64,000 nucleotides of DNA from Eubacteriales bacterium (GCA_045652135.1 JAZRTS010000031.1:3246-67245), one strand, 5' to 3'. Positions 44,209-53,688 are shown, numbered from the stretch's first letter. Translations and numbers: made by a program. The notes: a model not told the origin generated them from the sequence alone.

Positions 44209-44238
44209 AAAAAAAACACACATTTTGGAAATGTGTGT
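44209..44238 (-). terminator. Rho-independent terminator immediately upstream of the island promoter (insulator).
   Basis: Stem acacacat/atgtgtgt (44216-44223 and 44231-44238) followed on the minus strand by seven T residues. Confidence 0.7.
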
Positions 44239-44350
44239 CACTTTGTTTGTTTCTTAAACATTTCCAAATTATGTACTTTTTTCGTTTCGGCGAATTTGCA
44301 GGCATATTTTTCAGCCCATAGAGTGCCGACAATATAAAATACATTATATA

Positions 44351-44385
44351 TACAAAGACACACCGGCTTACAAAGACGGTGTGTC
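44351..44385 (-). terminator. Terminator of the zinc-ribbon gene.
   Basis: 9-bp stem gacacaccg/cggtgtgtc (44357-44365 and 44377-44385), then a T-rich tract on minus. Confidence 0.65.
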
Positions 44386-44396
44386 ATGAATATCAA

Positions 44397-44678
44397 TTAT
44401 TCTTCTGCGTTCTTCATTGCTGCGAAACATTCGCTGCAATATACGGGTCTGTCGTTGCTGGGCTGGAAGGGAATCTTCGCTTCGCCACCGCACTTAGCGC
44501 AAACTGCTGTGTGATATTCTCTGGCGGGCTTGCCTGCGTTCTTTCTTGCATCGCGGCATGCTTTGCATCTCTGGGGTTCGTTCTGGAAGCCTCTTTCAGC
44601 ATAGAAAGCCTGCTCACCTGCTGAGAAAATAAACTCCTCGCCGCAGTCCTTACAAACCAATTTCTTGTCTTCGTACAT
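44397..44678 (-). CDS. Zinc-ribbon protein (two CxxC...CxxC units).
   Basis: 93 aa. CKDC..(22)..CKAC and CAKC..(18)..CSEC. RBS GAGGT. Confidence 0.7.
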   Translation of the reverse strand: MYEDKKLVCKDCGEEFIFSAGEQAFYAERGFQNEPQRCKACRDARKNAGKPAREYHTAVCAKCGGEAKIPFQPSNDRPVYCSECFAAMKNAEE

Positions 44679-44787
44679 GATAATACCTCGCTTTGGTAAA
44701 AAATATTTTATTTGCCCACGGACGGACTTGCACCGCCACCTTTGAAAATCAACGCTCTGTTTAAGCTACCGGGACATAATGACTTAA

Positions 44788-45348
44788 TTATATGATTTTT
44801 CTGAGCTTCGTCTTGGCGCGCGCCATAGCATTAAGCACGGACTTTTCACTGACACTGAGTATCGCCGCCGCCTCAGACGTTGCCGCGCCCTTCGCAATAA
44901 GCGAAAATACGCTGTATTCGTAATCCGTAAGAGAGGCGCGTATCTTTTTCTGCAAACGCTCGACTTCTTCTTCCGATATAAGTGTCTCAAGAGGCGTGTC
45001 CTCCGTCGGAAGCACCGAGGAGTCGATAAGCTTTTCAAGCGATTCCTCACCAATGCTTGTCTTCTTTGCGCAGACGCGGCGCAAAAACGACACAAGCCTG
45101 TTCTTTATGCAGATCTTCGCGTAAAGGCCGAAGGTCGTGTTTTTTCCCTCTGTATACGACATGACCGCATTGTAAAGCGCAATGCTTGCTTCCTGCATCA
45201 GATCGTCGATACCCGCATCCGCGGAGATATCATCGGAATAAAACTGATTTGCAAGAGATGCCATAAGCGGTGAATACACCTGCAGCAATCTTCCGAAAGC
45301 ATCACGGTCGCCATGTTTGGCAAGAGTAACGTCTGTGGATTGTTGCAT
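44788..45348 (-). CDS. Sigma-70 family (ECF-like) RNA polymerase sigma factor.
   Basis: 186 aa. Region 2 is DLMQEASIALYNAV...FGLYAKICIKNRLVSFLR. Region 4 HTH is LTDYEYSVFSLIAKGAATSEAAAILSVSEKSVLNAMARAKTKLR. Confidence 0.8.
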   Translation of the reverse strand: MQQSTDVTLAKHGDRDAFGRLLQVYSPLMASLANQFYSDDISADAGIDDLMQEASIALYNAVMSYTEGKNTTFGLYAKICIKNRLVSFLRRVCAKKTSIGEESLEKLIDSSVLPTEDTPLETLISEEEVERLQKKIRASLTDYEYSVFSLIAKGAATSEAAAILSVSEKSVLNAMARAKTKLRKII

Positions 45349-45401
45349 TTTTGCCTCCCCTTGTGCGCTTGTTTTAGGAAGCGTACGAATTTACTATTTA
45401 T

Positions 45402-45430
45402 ATTATAGCTCCTTTTTTTAAAAATGTCAA
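45402..45430 (-). promoter_or_regulatory. Consensus sigma-A promoter of the sigma-factor gene.
   Basis: On the minus strand: TTGACA (45425-45430), 17-nt spacer, TATAAT (45402-45407). Confidence 0.7.
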
Positions 45431-45541
45431 TAGAAATTAAAAAAAAATTCACTAAATTCACGACAAAATATTGAATATTTGCATTATTGTGTGATAAAAT
45501 CAGTATATCAAGTTAATTTTTGACAAAGGGGCACACATATT

Positions 45542-46063
45542 TTGAAATTAAAAGAACCTGCAGATATAAAACTTTATATACTCACTCTTATGCTTTATGT
45601 AGACTATCCTTTGAGATATTCACAGATAAACGACATAGTGGTACAAGATGAATTCGTAAGCAATTTTGATTTCATCGACCAATTTGAAGAACTGAAGGAA
45701 GCTCAATTCATCAGATGCACCTCACCCGATATGTACGAGATAACGGAAACGGGAGCATTCATCGCACGCACTCTGAAGGGGGATATTTCCGGATATATAA
45801 GAGAAAACGGTATTCGCCACGCAATACAGCTTTTATCGTTTGAAAAAAGCAAAACGAAAATAAAAACGGAGCTTACACCCGGTGAGGGTGACACGGTTGA
45901 CCTTACGTTGCAGATATTCAGACGCGGTCAGCGTGTTATCTCCGTTACCGTCAATGCCGAAACTGATTTTCAAGCAAAAAGAATGGAACATTCATTCACC
46001 GAAAACTCCGAACATCTTTACAAATTCATATATTCATTTCTGATGGGCGAGGGAGGTTATTAA
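45542..46063 (+). CDS. DUF4364-type protein (putative regulator, common in sporulating Clostridia).
   Basis: 173 aa. The N-terminus IKLYILTLMLYVDYPLRYSQINDIVV is typical of the family as I remember it. TTG start 9 nt after AAAGGGG. Confidence 0.55.
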   Translation: MKLKEPADIKLYILTLMLYVDYPLRYSQINDIVVQDEFVSNFDFIDQFEELKEAQFIRCTSPDMYEITETGAFIARTLKGDISGYIRENGIRHAIQLLSFEKSKTKIKTELTPGEGDTVDLTLQIFRRGQRVISVTVNAETDFQAKRMEHSFTENSEHLYKFIYSFLMGEGGY

Positions 46064-46065
46064 CC

Positions 46066-46542
46066 TCACCCCCGTATGTTGCCGCACGTTATCAGGCACT
46101 CAAACGCACATCGGAGACATTCTTTATCAAACGTAAACGGTTTTTTGACGTTTACGTTTTTTTGCGTTCTCAAAACTTTACGGCCAAGCTCCGTTTTGTA
46201 TATTCTCGGCGCATCTTTGGCATTTTCGTGTAAATACGAGGCAAGCGACAGTATTTCTTCCTCGTTTTCAAGCGGTGTTTTTTCCTCGATTTGCAAAAGC
46301 GAAAGCTCATAAGATGAACAGACTCCCGTTTCGGGTATACCTGTATCCCTTTGCCATTCCAGAACGGCGCGTTCAACATCACGCGAGTATATTCCATCGC
46401 AAAATCCCGAATAATAACCGAGTGTACGCAGAGCCCTTTGTATTGCCTCGACCTCATCCCCCTCGTATTTTTCGGCAGAAAATGCCGAAGCTGAAAACGT
46501 CAGCAATAAAATGATAACGGATATTATTATAAAAAAACGCAT
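46066..46542 (-). CDS. Secreted peptidoglycan-binding (PG_binding_1) domain protein.
   Basis: Start moved to the ATG at 46542 (MRFFIIISVIILLL.., RBS GGGAG). IQRALRTLGYYSGFCDGIYSRDVERAVLEWQRDTGIPETG matches the PGB repeat pattern. Confidence 0.7.
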   Translation of the reverse strand: MRFFIIISVIILLLTFSASAFSAEKYEGDEVEAIQRALRTLGYYSGFCDGIYSRDVERAVLEWQRDTGIPETGVCSSYELSLLQIEEKTPLENEEEILSLASYLHENAKDAPRIYKTELGRKVLRTQKNVNVKKPFTFDKECLRCAFECLITCGNIRG

Positions 46543-46736
46543 AGTATACTCCCGAAACATAATATTTAAAAAGCACGGTGCTTGATAAAATGAACGCAAT
46601 TTTTATTATTTTGCATCGCTTTAATTATTATCTTCAAAAAATACACAAAAATCCCTCATCTTTTTTTGAATTATATGGTGACAAATCAAAAAAACTATGG
46701 TATAATTATAATGAATTATTATAGCGAAGGTAAAAT

Positions 46737-47195
46737 ATGAAGAAAAACGTATCAATCGATATCGTATCGAAGCAATTCAAGCTTGAAGGAGATTTCTTCT
46801 CTCCGCAGAACGAAGACGAAAAGGAAGAAAAAATAGAAATATCGACCGAGGGTGTTTTATCCCTTGAAAACGGTAAGCTCGCAGTAAGCTATGACGAAAC
46901 TGAGCTTACGGGAATGGACGGTGCGCACACGGTGCTTGAATTCAGTACCGACGAGCCTGACACCGTTACGATGACAAGAAGCGGCTCAGCTTCAACATCA
47001 ATGATATTTAAGGAAAATTCACGCTGTATGTCAACGTACGAAACGGGTGTGTTCCCGCTTGAAATGTGCATCACGACAAAAAGCGTTGAAAACTCCCTTG
47101 ATATAGACGGCGGTAAAATAATAATCGACTACACCGTGGAAATACACGGGGTATGTATGGAAAGAACGTATCTTACCGTCACAGTAACAGTATAA
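46737..47195 (+). CDS. DUF1934 (YwiB-like) beta-barrel protein.
   Basis: 152 aa. The length and alternating beta-strand pattern are typical of the family. RBS GAAGGT. Confidence 0.6.
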   Translation: MKKNVSIDIVSKQFKLEGDFFSPQNEDEKEEKIEISTEGVLSLENGKLAVSYDETELTGMDGAHTVLEFSTDEPDTVTMTRSGSASTSMIFKENSRCMSTYETGVFPLEMCITTKSVENSLDIDGGKIIIDYTVEIHGVCMERTYLTVTVTV

Positions 47196-47229
47196 AAACA
47201 ACAGAAAATAAATTAAGAGGTAATGTGAA

Positions 47230-50200
47230 ATGTCGAAAATTTATGATGATTTTAAATCACCCGGCGTCTATTACAGAGGCAAGCCGTTCTGGTCTTGGAA
47301 CGGAAAGCTTGAAAAAGATGAGCTTCTGCGTCAGGTAGACGTGCTGAAAGAAATGGGCTTCGGCGGTTACTTTATGCACTCAAGAACAGGTCTTGTTACC
47401 GAATATCTCGGTGAGGAATGGTTCGAGCTTGTCAACGCCGTCGCTGATAAGGGCGAAAAGCTTGGTCTTGAAAACTGGCTTTATGACGAGGACAGATGGC
47501 CCTCGGGTACTGCGGGCGGTTTTGTTACGATGAACCCCGAATATTCCGCAAGCTATTTGAGATGCGAAACAACAGACGGACGTGATTTTGAGTTTTCCGA
47601 TGGGGATATCATCGCATTTTCCTGCGATATGCTTCCCGAAAAAAGCGAATTTGCATTTACAAACGATAAGGTTATAACAAAAGACACACCCAAGTCCGAA
47701 TACGAAGGTAAGACGGTGCTTTCCTTCTCCGTTGAAAAGGCGGCAAAGGGCAGCTTCTACAACGGCTATACATACGTTGACACGATGAATCCCGAAGCTA
47801 TACGCAGATTTATCGATTTGACACACGAAAAGTATGCCGACAAGTGCGGTAAGCGTATCGGCACATCGGTTTGCGGTATTTTTACAGATGAGCCCCACCG
47901 TGGCGCTGTTATGTGCGGATTTTCCACGGGAAGCTCAAAGAAGCCCTCGTGGGTAACCCCCTACACACCCAAGCTTTTTGAAAAGTTCACGGAAAAATAC
48001 GGCTACGACCTCAAAGAACGTCTTCCCGACCTCTTTTTACAGCGTGACGGCGAGAAGATGAGCCAGGTAAAATGGCACTATATGGATCTGGCAGAGGACC
48101 TTTTCCTGAAATCCTTTGCAGTTCAGATAAACGACTGGTGTAATGACCACAATATGCAGCTTACAGGCCACGTTCTCCACGAAGATACATTCACAACACA
48201 GGCTTGTATGATAGGCTCTATCATGCGTTTCTATGAACACATGGCAGTTCCCGGCGTTGACGTTCTTTCCGAGGGCAACAGAGGCTATTGGATAGTAAAG
48301 CAGCTTTCATCCGTTGCACGTCAGACGGGCAAAACAAGAATGCTTTCCGAGCTTTACGGCTGTTCAGGCTGGCAGATGGACTTCGAAAGCCACAAGTGGA
48401 CGGGCGGATGGCAGGCTCTGTTCGGTATCAACCTGCGTTGCCACCACCTTTCATGGTACTCAATGCAGGGTGAGGCAAAGCGTGACTACCCCGCAAGTAT
48501 TCTTCATCAGTCCGCATGGTACAAGGATTACCCCGTTGTTGAGGACTTCTTCTCAAGACTTCACGTTGTTCTCGGCGCAGGTAAGCCTATATGCGACACG
48601 CTCGTTATCAACCCCGTTGAAAGCACGTTCGGACTTATTCATCCCGGCTGGAGCATAAAGCTCGGCACAAACAATAAGGACGTTGCATATATCGAAAATA
48701 TGTACTTCACACAGTTCCATTGGCTCTCCGGCGCAAAGCTTGACTTTGACTACGGCGACGAGGAAATGATGAGCAGACTTGCATCCGTTGTAATTGAAGA
48801 CGGCACACCCTACATCAAGTTCGGTGAAATGAAGTACAAGAGCGTTGTTGTAAGCGGTATGTACACAATGCGCTCCACAACTCTGGGTATTCTCCGTGAG
48901 TTTGCAAATGCAGGCGGTAAGGTAATCCTTGCAGGCTTTGCGCCCGATTATATCGATGCGCTGAAGTCCGATGCGTTTGACAAGCTTGAAAACATCGAAA
49001 GAATTCCGTTTGAGGGCACTGCGCTCGTTAAGGCAATAAAGGCGGCAAACGGCTTCACGGCATCCGTTAAGAACGCAATGGGCGATGAGCTTACAGACGT
49101 TTACTGTCAGTGTAGATGCGACGGCGATGACACATACGTTGTATTTATGAATATGAATAAGACCGTTTCCTACTACAACTGCACGGTTGAGATAAACCGC
49201 GACGGTGACTGTGAGGAATGGTTCGCGCTTGACGGTACAAAGGCACTCGTTAAGTCGAGCGAAAACGGCAAGATAACATTTGTTACCGACTTCTATGCCG
49301 CAGGCGAACACGTATACAGAGTATGCAAGAAGTCCGACCTTGCACCCGTAAAGGCACTTACAGAGGTCGCATCATATCCTCTCGGCGAGGAATTTGACAT
49401 TGAGCTTTCCGAGGACAACGTACTCGTTCTCGACTTTGCTGACCTTGAGGTTGACGGCAAGAAGCTTGCTGAAAATCTTGAAGTTCTCAAGGCTGACCAG
49501 CTCGTTCGTGATACGTACGGCCTTGCTCACCGCGGCGGTGAAATGATCCAGCCTTGGTTCTTAGGTCTTCAGGAGCAGAAGAAGCACGGCAGAGTTGCCC
49601 TTGAATACAGCTTCTTTGCTGAATATATCCCCGAAAAATTCGATTTCGTATGCGAAACACCCAACCTCTGGACGGTTACAATAAACGGCGAAAAGATGAC
49701 GGCTGAGGAAACGGGCAGATGGATAGACGAAGCATTCCACAAGTTCACACTTGAAGGAAGCGCTCTGAAGCTTGGCAAAAACACCGTCCGTCTTGAAGCA
49801 GACTTCTACGAAACACTCAATATCGAGGCTGTTTATATCGTCGGTGACTTCGGTGTTTCCGTACACCACAGCGACAAGACGATGATAAAGCCCGTAACAC
49901 ACGTGTTCCACGGCGACATCGCAAAGCAGGGACTTCCTTTCTACTCGGGCGCTGTAACATACAAGACAAATATCTCGTTCAACCCCGGCGACCGTGTATT
50001 CGTACGCTTGCCCGACTTTGAAGCGGCAGTTGTCAAGGTTTCCGCAAACGGCGCTGAGCCGAAGGCGATCGCTTGGCAGCCGTACGAAGCGGAAATTACC
50101 GACATGCTTAACGCAGGTAACAACACACTTTGCCTTGAATACGTGCTTACACGCCGTAACACATTCGGACCGCTTCACTCCAAGCCTGCAAGACACGGTG

Positions 50201-50307
50201 CATACGGCCCCGAAACGTTCTTGCTCAGAGGCGACAGCTGGACAGATGATTATATCTTCTTGCCCGAAGGTATGACGGCAGTTCCCGAAATAATCATCAA
50301 GAACTGA
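47230..50307 (+). CDS. Large cytoplasmic glycoside-hydrolase-like protein (family not assignable by eye).
   Basis: 1025 aa, no signal peptide. The N-terminal PFWSWNGKL..L..Q...LKEMGFGGYFMHSRTGL pattern is seen in TIM-barrel glycosidases, and beta-sandwich-like regions follow. RBS AAGAGGT. Confidence 0.5.
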   Translation: MSKIYDDFKSPGVYYRGKPFWSWNGKLEKDELLRQVDVLKEMGFGGYFMHSRTGLVTEYLGEEWFELVNAVADKGEKLGLENWLYDEDRWPSGTAGGFVTMNPEYSASYLRCETTDGRDFEFSDGDIIAFSCDMLPEKSEFAFTNDKVITKDTPKSEYEGKTVLSFSVEKAAKGSFYNGYTYVDTMNPEAIRRFIDLTHEKYADKCGKRIGTSVCGIFTDEPHRGAVMCGFSTGSSKKPSWVTPYTPKLFEKFTEKYGYDLKERLPDLFLQRDGEKMSQVKWHYMDLAEDLFLKSFAVQINDWCNDHNMQLTGHVLHEDTFTTQACMIGSIMRFYEHMAVPGVDVLSEGNRGYWIVKQLSSVARQTGKTRMLSELYGCSGWQMDFESHKWTGGWQALFGINLRCHHLSWYSMQGEAKRDYPASILHQSAWYKDYPVVEDFFSRLHVVLGAGKPICDTLVINPVESTFGLIHPGWSIKLGTNNKDVAYIENMYFTQFHWLSGAKLDFDYGDEEMMSRLASVVIEDGTPYIKFGEMKYKSVVVSGMYTMRSTTLGILREFANAGGKVILAGFAPDYIDALKSDAFDKLENIERIPFEGTALVKAIKAANGFTASVKNAMGDELTDVYCQCRCDGDDTYVVFMNMNKTVSYYNCTVEINRDGDCEEWFALDGTKALVKSSENGKITFVTDFYAAGEHVYRVCKKSDLAPVKALTEVASYPLGEEFDIELSEDNVLVLDFADLEVDGKKLAENLEVLKADQLVRDTYGLAHRGGEMIQPWFLGLQEQKKHGRVALEYSFFAEYIPEKFDFVCETPNLWTVTINGEKMTAEETGRWIDEAFHKFTLEGSALKLGKNTVRLEADFYETLNIEAVYIVGDFGVSVHHSDKTMIKPVTHVFHGDIAKQGLPFYSGAVTYKTNISFNPGDRVFVRLPDFEAAVVKVSANGAEPKAIAWQPYEAEITDMLNAGNNTLCLEYVLTRRNTFGPLHSKPARHGAYGPETFLLRGDSWTDDYIFLPEGMTAVPEIIIKN

Positions 50308-51524
50308 TGAAACAGCTTGTATTCCGTATTTGCGGATTCCTTCTGTTTGCAACAATACTTATAGCGGCTATCGTAACTTCCCTCGGTGAAAACGGGGGAA
50401 GTTATTCCGATATGGCGGAAATGTTACAGGGTGAGCCTGCTGTAAGGTCAGGGGCGGTATACTACAACAGACTGACGAAAAAACAGCAGTATATATACGA
50501 TGCTATCGTAAAGTCGGCTGAAAATCTTGAATACACGACGGAGCAAATGCCGTTTGTGGCAGAAGAAACGGACGTTACAGCGGCATCAAATGCAATTTTG
50601 AACGACCTGCCGGAATACTTTTATATCGATACTGACGGTTTTTCCCTCGGTGAATATAAATACACAGAAATAATTTCCGAGGAGGAAACAAAAGAAGTAT
50701 CGGGGCAAAGCATAATCGACGAAAAATATACGTGTCTTATGATACCGTATACGGAAACGCTTGATGAGCTGAAGCTGAAAAGAACAAGGCTGAGTGCGGC
50801 AATTTCAAAGGCGCAGTCGCTTGTGTCGGAGCTTGAAAATGACCTTGAAAAGCAGACAGCGCTGCACGATTACATCATCAGCATTTGCGAAAAATCGCAA
50901 AGCGGGGCATATTCCTCAAACGTCTACGGCGCACTCGTTGAGGGTGAGGCGAATTCGGAGGGCTACCACAAGGCATTCAAGCTTCTCTTGAACCGCGCGG
51001 GGATAATTTCCCACCTCGTTTACGGTGAGGTCGGCGGCACTCGATCCGTCTGGTGTACGGTGCTTATAGGCGATAAATATTACAACACCGACGTTTACGA
51101 GGATGACCTTGACAAACAGTTTGACGATGAAAGCTTCCGCGGAGCCGTCACACACGCATATATGAACATTTCCGATGAGGCAATCGGCGTAACACACAAA
51201 AACAAGAGCGATGAGCTTCCGAAATGCACCGACGGCGAAACGTATTATACGGCAAATAAGCTCGTTTGCGCAAACGAGGGAATGACGGAAAAGCTTATTT
51301 CCGAAAAGCTTTCCGACCTTGTCAAGTACAAAAGGCGCACAATTGAGCTGTACTGCACGTACGATGTTACCGAAAGTGACGTTGAAACGTATGTTTTCAG
51401 ACAGTTTGAGCTGCTTTATCCCGACTACACGTGCGAATGTAAAATGATAAAGCCGAAGGCTTCCTTTGATGCGTATACGCTTATCATCAACTATCTGCCG
51501 AAAACACAGGAAAACGCAAAGTAA
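50307..51524 (+). CDS. Membrane-anchored transglutaminase-like superfamily protein (catalytic Cys apparently replaced).
   Basis: 405 aa, one N-terminal TM helix. ANSEGYHKAFKLLLNRAGIISHLVYG..VWCTVLIGDKYYNTDV resembles the C..Y/H..D transglutaminase core, but Ser sits at the Cys position. The ATG overlaps the upstream stop (TGATG). Confidence 0.45.
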   Translation: MKQLVFRICGFLLFATILIAAIVTSLGENGGSYSDMAEMLQGEPAVRSGAVYYNRLTKKQQYIYDAIVKSAENLEYTTEQMPFVAEETDVTAASNAILNDLPEYFYIDTDGFSLGEYKYTEIISEEETKEVSGQSIIDEKYTCLMIPYTETLDELKLKRTRLSAAISKAQSLVSELENDLEKQTALHDYIISICEKSQSGAYSSNVYGALVEGEANSEGYHKAFKLLLNRAGIISHLVYGEVGGTRSVWCTVLIGDKYYNTDVYEDDLDKQFDDESFRGAVTHAYMNISDEAIGVTHKNKSDELPKCTDGETYYTANKLVCANEGMTEKLISEKLSDLVKYKRRTIELYCTYDVTESDVETYVFRQFELLYPDYTCECKMIKPKASFDAYTLIINYLPKTQENAK

Positions 51525-51613
51525 CATATAAAAATCATTTTATTTTCACAAAATCATCATAATTAAGGGGTATAATCGTTACAGTGGTAACGGTCGTACC
51601 CTTTTTTGAATGA

Positions 51614-51701
51614 AATGCCTTCGGCATTAAATGCGGCACAGCCGCCCAAAATGCTTGTGTCGGCACAAGCATGAAATGATATTCGTTTGACAACGAATAT
51701 C
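51614..51701 (+). repeat. Array of four consecutive hairpins in the 5' region of the Cthe_2159-like gene.
   Basis: aatgcc/ggcatt (51614-51628), gcggc/gccgc (51633-51645), atgcttgtg/cacaagcat (51651-51672), gatattcgtt/aacgaatatc (51678-51701). Spacers contain gaaatg / aaatg motifs reminiscent of the mosaic repeat box. Confidence 0.55.
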
Positions 51702-51750
51702 GTGATTTAAGGAATAAAATAATTTATTAATTATTATTACGGAGTAAAAT

Positions 51751-53619
51751 ATGAAAAAAACGATAGCGGCGATACTTTCTGTTTGCACGGTGCTTTCGCT
51801 GTGTGCGTGCGGTGACGAAAGCACAGCGGATACGTTACACACAAACGGCGTGACGGATGAAATGAATATTACGAACAGCGTACATACGCCATCGACAGAC
51901 ACATCAGATGTATTTGACACGGTCAACGTTGACGATATAATATCGGAATTTCTTACCCAAGCCGAGAGCGAGGGCATCGCACCCGAGGCAAAGGAAGACG
52001 GCGTGCGCTTGCTCGGCGACAAAATAGAATATGACGGCGACGGAATAACCGTTGACAAACAGACGGCAACCGTCAACAAAGCAGGTACATACACATTTTC
52101 GGGTACGCTCAACGACGGCCAGATAATTGTTGATGTGCCTAAAACCGACAAGGTAACACTCATATTGAACGGTGTCATGATACACTGCGAGAAAAGTGCG
52201 CCCGTGTATATAAAAAGCTGTGATGATGCGGCATTGACGCTTACGGAGGGAACAGTCAACACGCTTTCCGACGGCACTGCGTACGAATATGACACAGCAG
52301 AGGAAAATGAGCCTAATGCCGCGCTTTTTTCAAAGGATGACCTTGAGATAAACGGCAAAGGCACGCTTGTTGTCAAGGCGAATTACAACAACGGAATAAC
52401 CTCGAAAAATGACCTTGAAATAAAGGATGCGACCGTAAATGTTTCATCAAAGCACGACGGCATCAGAGGTAAGGATTCCGTTTGTATCAAAAGCGGTACT
52501 GTCAACGTGTCATCGGGCGGTGACGGTATAAAATCAAATAATGCCGATGAAGCTGACAGAGGATATATAGATATCAACGGCGGTGTGCTTAATGTAAGCG
52601 CATCGGAAGACGGTATACAGGCAGAAACGGTGCTTACTGTTAACGGCGGTGAGCTGCTCATCAAAACAGGAGGCGGTTCAGGTACTTCGTGGTCGGGAAA
52701 TCCGTACGGAGATGCAAGCGAGGCAAGCGCAAAGGCATTGAAGGCATCGGTCGGTGTGAACGTGAACGGCGGCAAAATTTCCATTGACAGCGCAGACGAT
52801 GCCGTTCACTCAAACAAGGATGTGACGATCGCAGGCGGAAATATCACAGCTTCGTCGGGGGACGACGGTGTTCACGCAGATGAAACGCTCACTATATCGG
52901 GCGGTAAAATGAATATCAAAAAAGCCTATGAGGGGCTTGAGGGTGTCACGATAACGATAAGCGGCGGCGAAACGTACGTCAAGGCATCCGATGACGGAAT
53001 AAACGGCGCAGGCGGTAACGATAATTCCGCAAGTGAGGGCGGACGTCCCGGTGCGTGGGGCGGTATGCATGAATCATCAAATGCAGAAGTCACGGTGTCG
53101 GGCGGATATCTTTATATAAATGCCGACGGCGACGGGCTTGATTCAAACGGAAGCTTCACAATGACAGACGGTACGGTCATCGTTGACGGCCCGACAAACG
53201 GCGGCAACGGCCCGCTTGATTACACATCGTCATTCACCGTTTCGGGCGGTATGCTTATTGCCGCAGGCTCAGCGGGAATGGCACAGAATGTAAGTTCATC
53301 TTCAACACAGTGCGCCGTACTTGTATACGTGTCGGGACAAGGCGGAGATACGTTTACAATATCAAAGGGCGGCGAAAGCATAATATCTCATACACCTGCC
53401 AAAAAATTTGAATGTGTGCTCGTTTCATCTCCCAAGCTTGAAAAAGGTGTGGAATATACGGCTAAAGCAGGAAACGGCACAGCGGTAACGTTCACGCAGT
53501 CAAATATTGTAAGCACAGCAGGTTCAGGCGGCGGAATGGGCGGAGGCATGCGCCCGGGCGGCGGCAACCGACCGCAGATGCCCCCAAGCGGCAATCAGGG
53601 CGGCCGTCCGACAATATAA
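51751..53619 (+). CDS. Lipoprotein with a Cthe_2159-type carbohydrate-binding beta-helix repeat domain and a Gly/Pro-rich tail.
   Basis: 622 aa. Lipobox LSLCAC. Recurrent DGI/DDG(V/I) turns (HDGIRGKD, GDGIKSNN, EDGIQAET, DDAVHSNK, DDGVHADE, DDGINGAG, GDGLDSNG). C-terminal GGGMGGGMRPGGGNRPQMPP. Confidence 0.65.
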   Translation: MKKTIAAILSVCTVLSLCACGDESTADTLHTNGVTDEMNITNSVHTPSTDTSDVFDTVNVDDIISEFLTQAESEGIAPEAKEDGVRLLGDKIEYDGDGITVDKQTATVNKAGTYTFSGTLNDGQIIVDVPKTDKVTLILNGVMIHCEKSAPVYIKSCDDAALTLTEGTVNTLSDGTAYEYDTAEENEPNAALFSKDDLEINGKGTLVVKANYNNGITSKNDLEIKDATVNVSSKHDGIRGKDSVCIKSGTVNVSSGGDGIKSNNADEADRGYIDINGGVLNVSASEDGIQAETVLTVNGGELLIKTGGGSGTSWSGNPYGDASEASAKALKASVGVNVNGGKISIDSADDAVHSNKDVTIAGGNITASSGDDGVHADETLTISGGKMNIKKAYEGLEGVTITISGGETYVKASDDGINGAGGNDNSASEGGRPGAWGGMHESSNAEVTVSGGYLYINADGDGLDSNGSFTMTDGTVIVDGPTNGGNGPLDYTSSFTVSGGMLIAAGSAGMAQNVSSSSTQCAVLVYVSGQGGDTFTISKGGESIISHTPAKKFECVLVSSPKLEKGVEYTAKAGNGTAVTFTQSNIVSTAGSGGGMGGGMRPGGGNRPQMPPSGNQGGRPTI

Positions 53620-53637
53620 AGTAAACACGGAGCAAAC

Positions 53638-53669
53638 AAAAAAACGGTAGGAATTCCTACCGTTTTTTA
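53638..53669. terminator. Bidirectional rho-independent terminator.
   Basis: acggtagg-aatt-cctaccgt, flanked by an A-run (53638-53644) and a T-run (53663-53668). Confidence 0.8.
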
Positions 53670-53688
53670 TAATACCGTGCATTATACT

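Noticed and set aside
17480-44238. The island as a prophage, ICE or transposon.
   Set aside because: I recognise no integrase, recombinase, transposase, relaxase, phage structural genes or flanking direct repeats. The FtsK-like ATPase comes with WXG100 genes, which points to T7SS and not conjugation.
48553-50355. Minus-strand ORFs 48553-49311 and 49561-50355 (252 and 264 aa).
   Set aside because: They are antisense to the 1025-aa glycosidase-like gene. Their products are Cys/Val/Phe-rich with no RBS or recognisable motifs.
51627-52376. 249-aa minus-strand ORF.
   Set aside because: It is antisense to the Cthe_2159-like lipoprotein gene. The Ser/Val/Thr-rich product is typical of the reverse frame of a Gly/Asp/Thr-rich gene.
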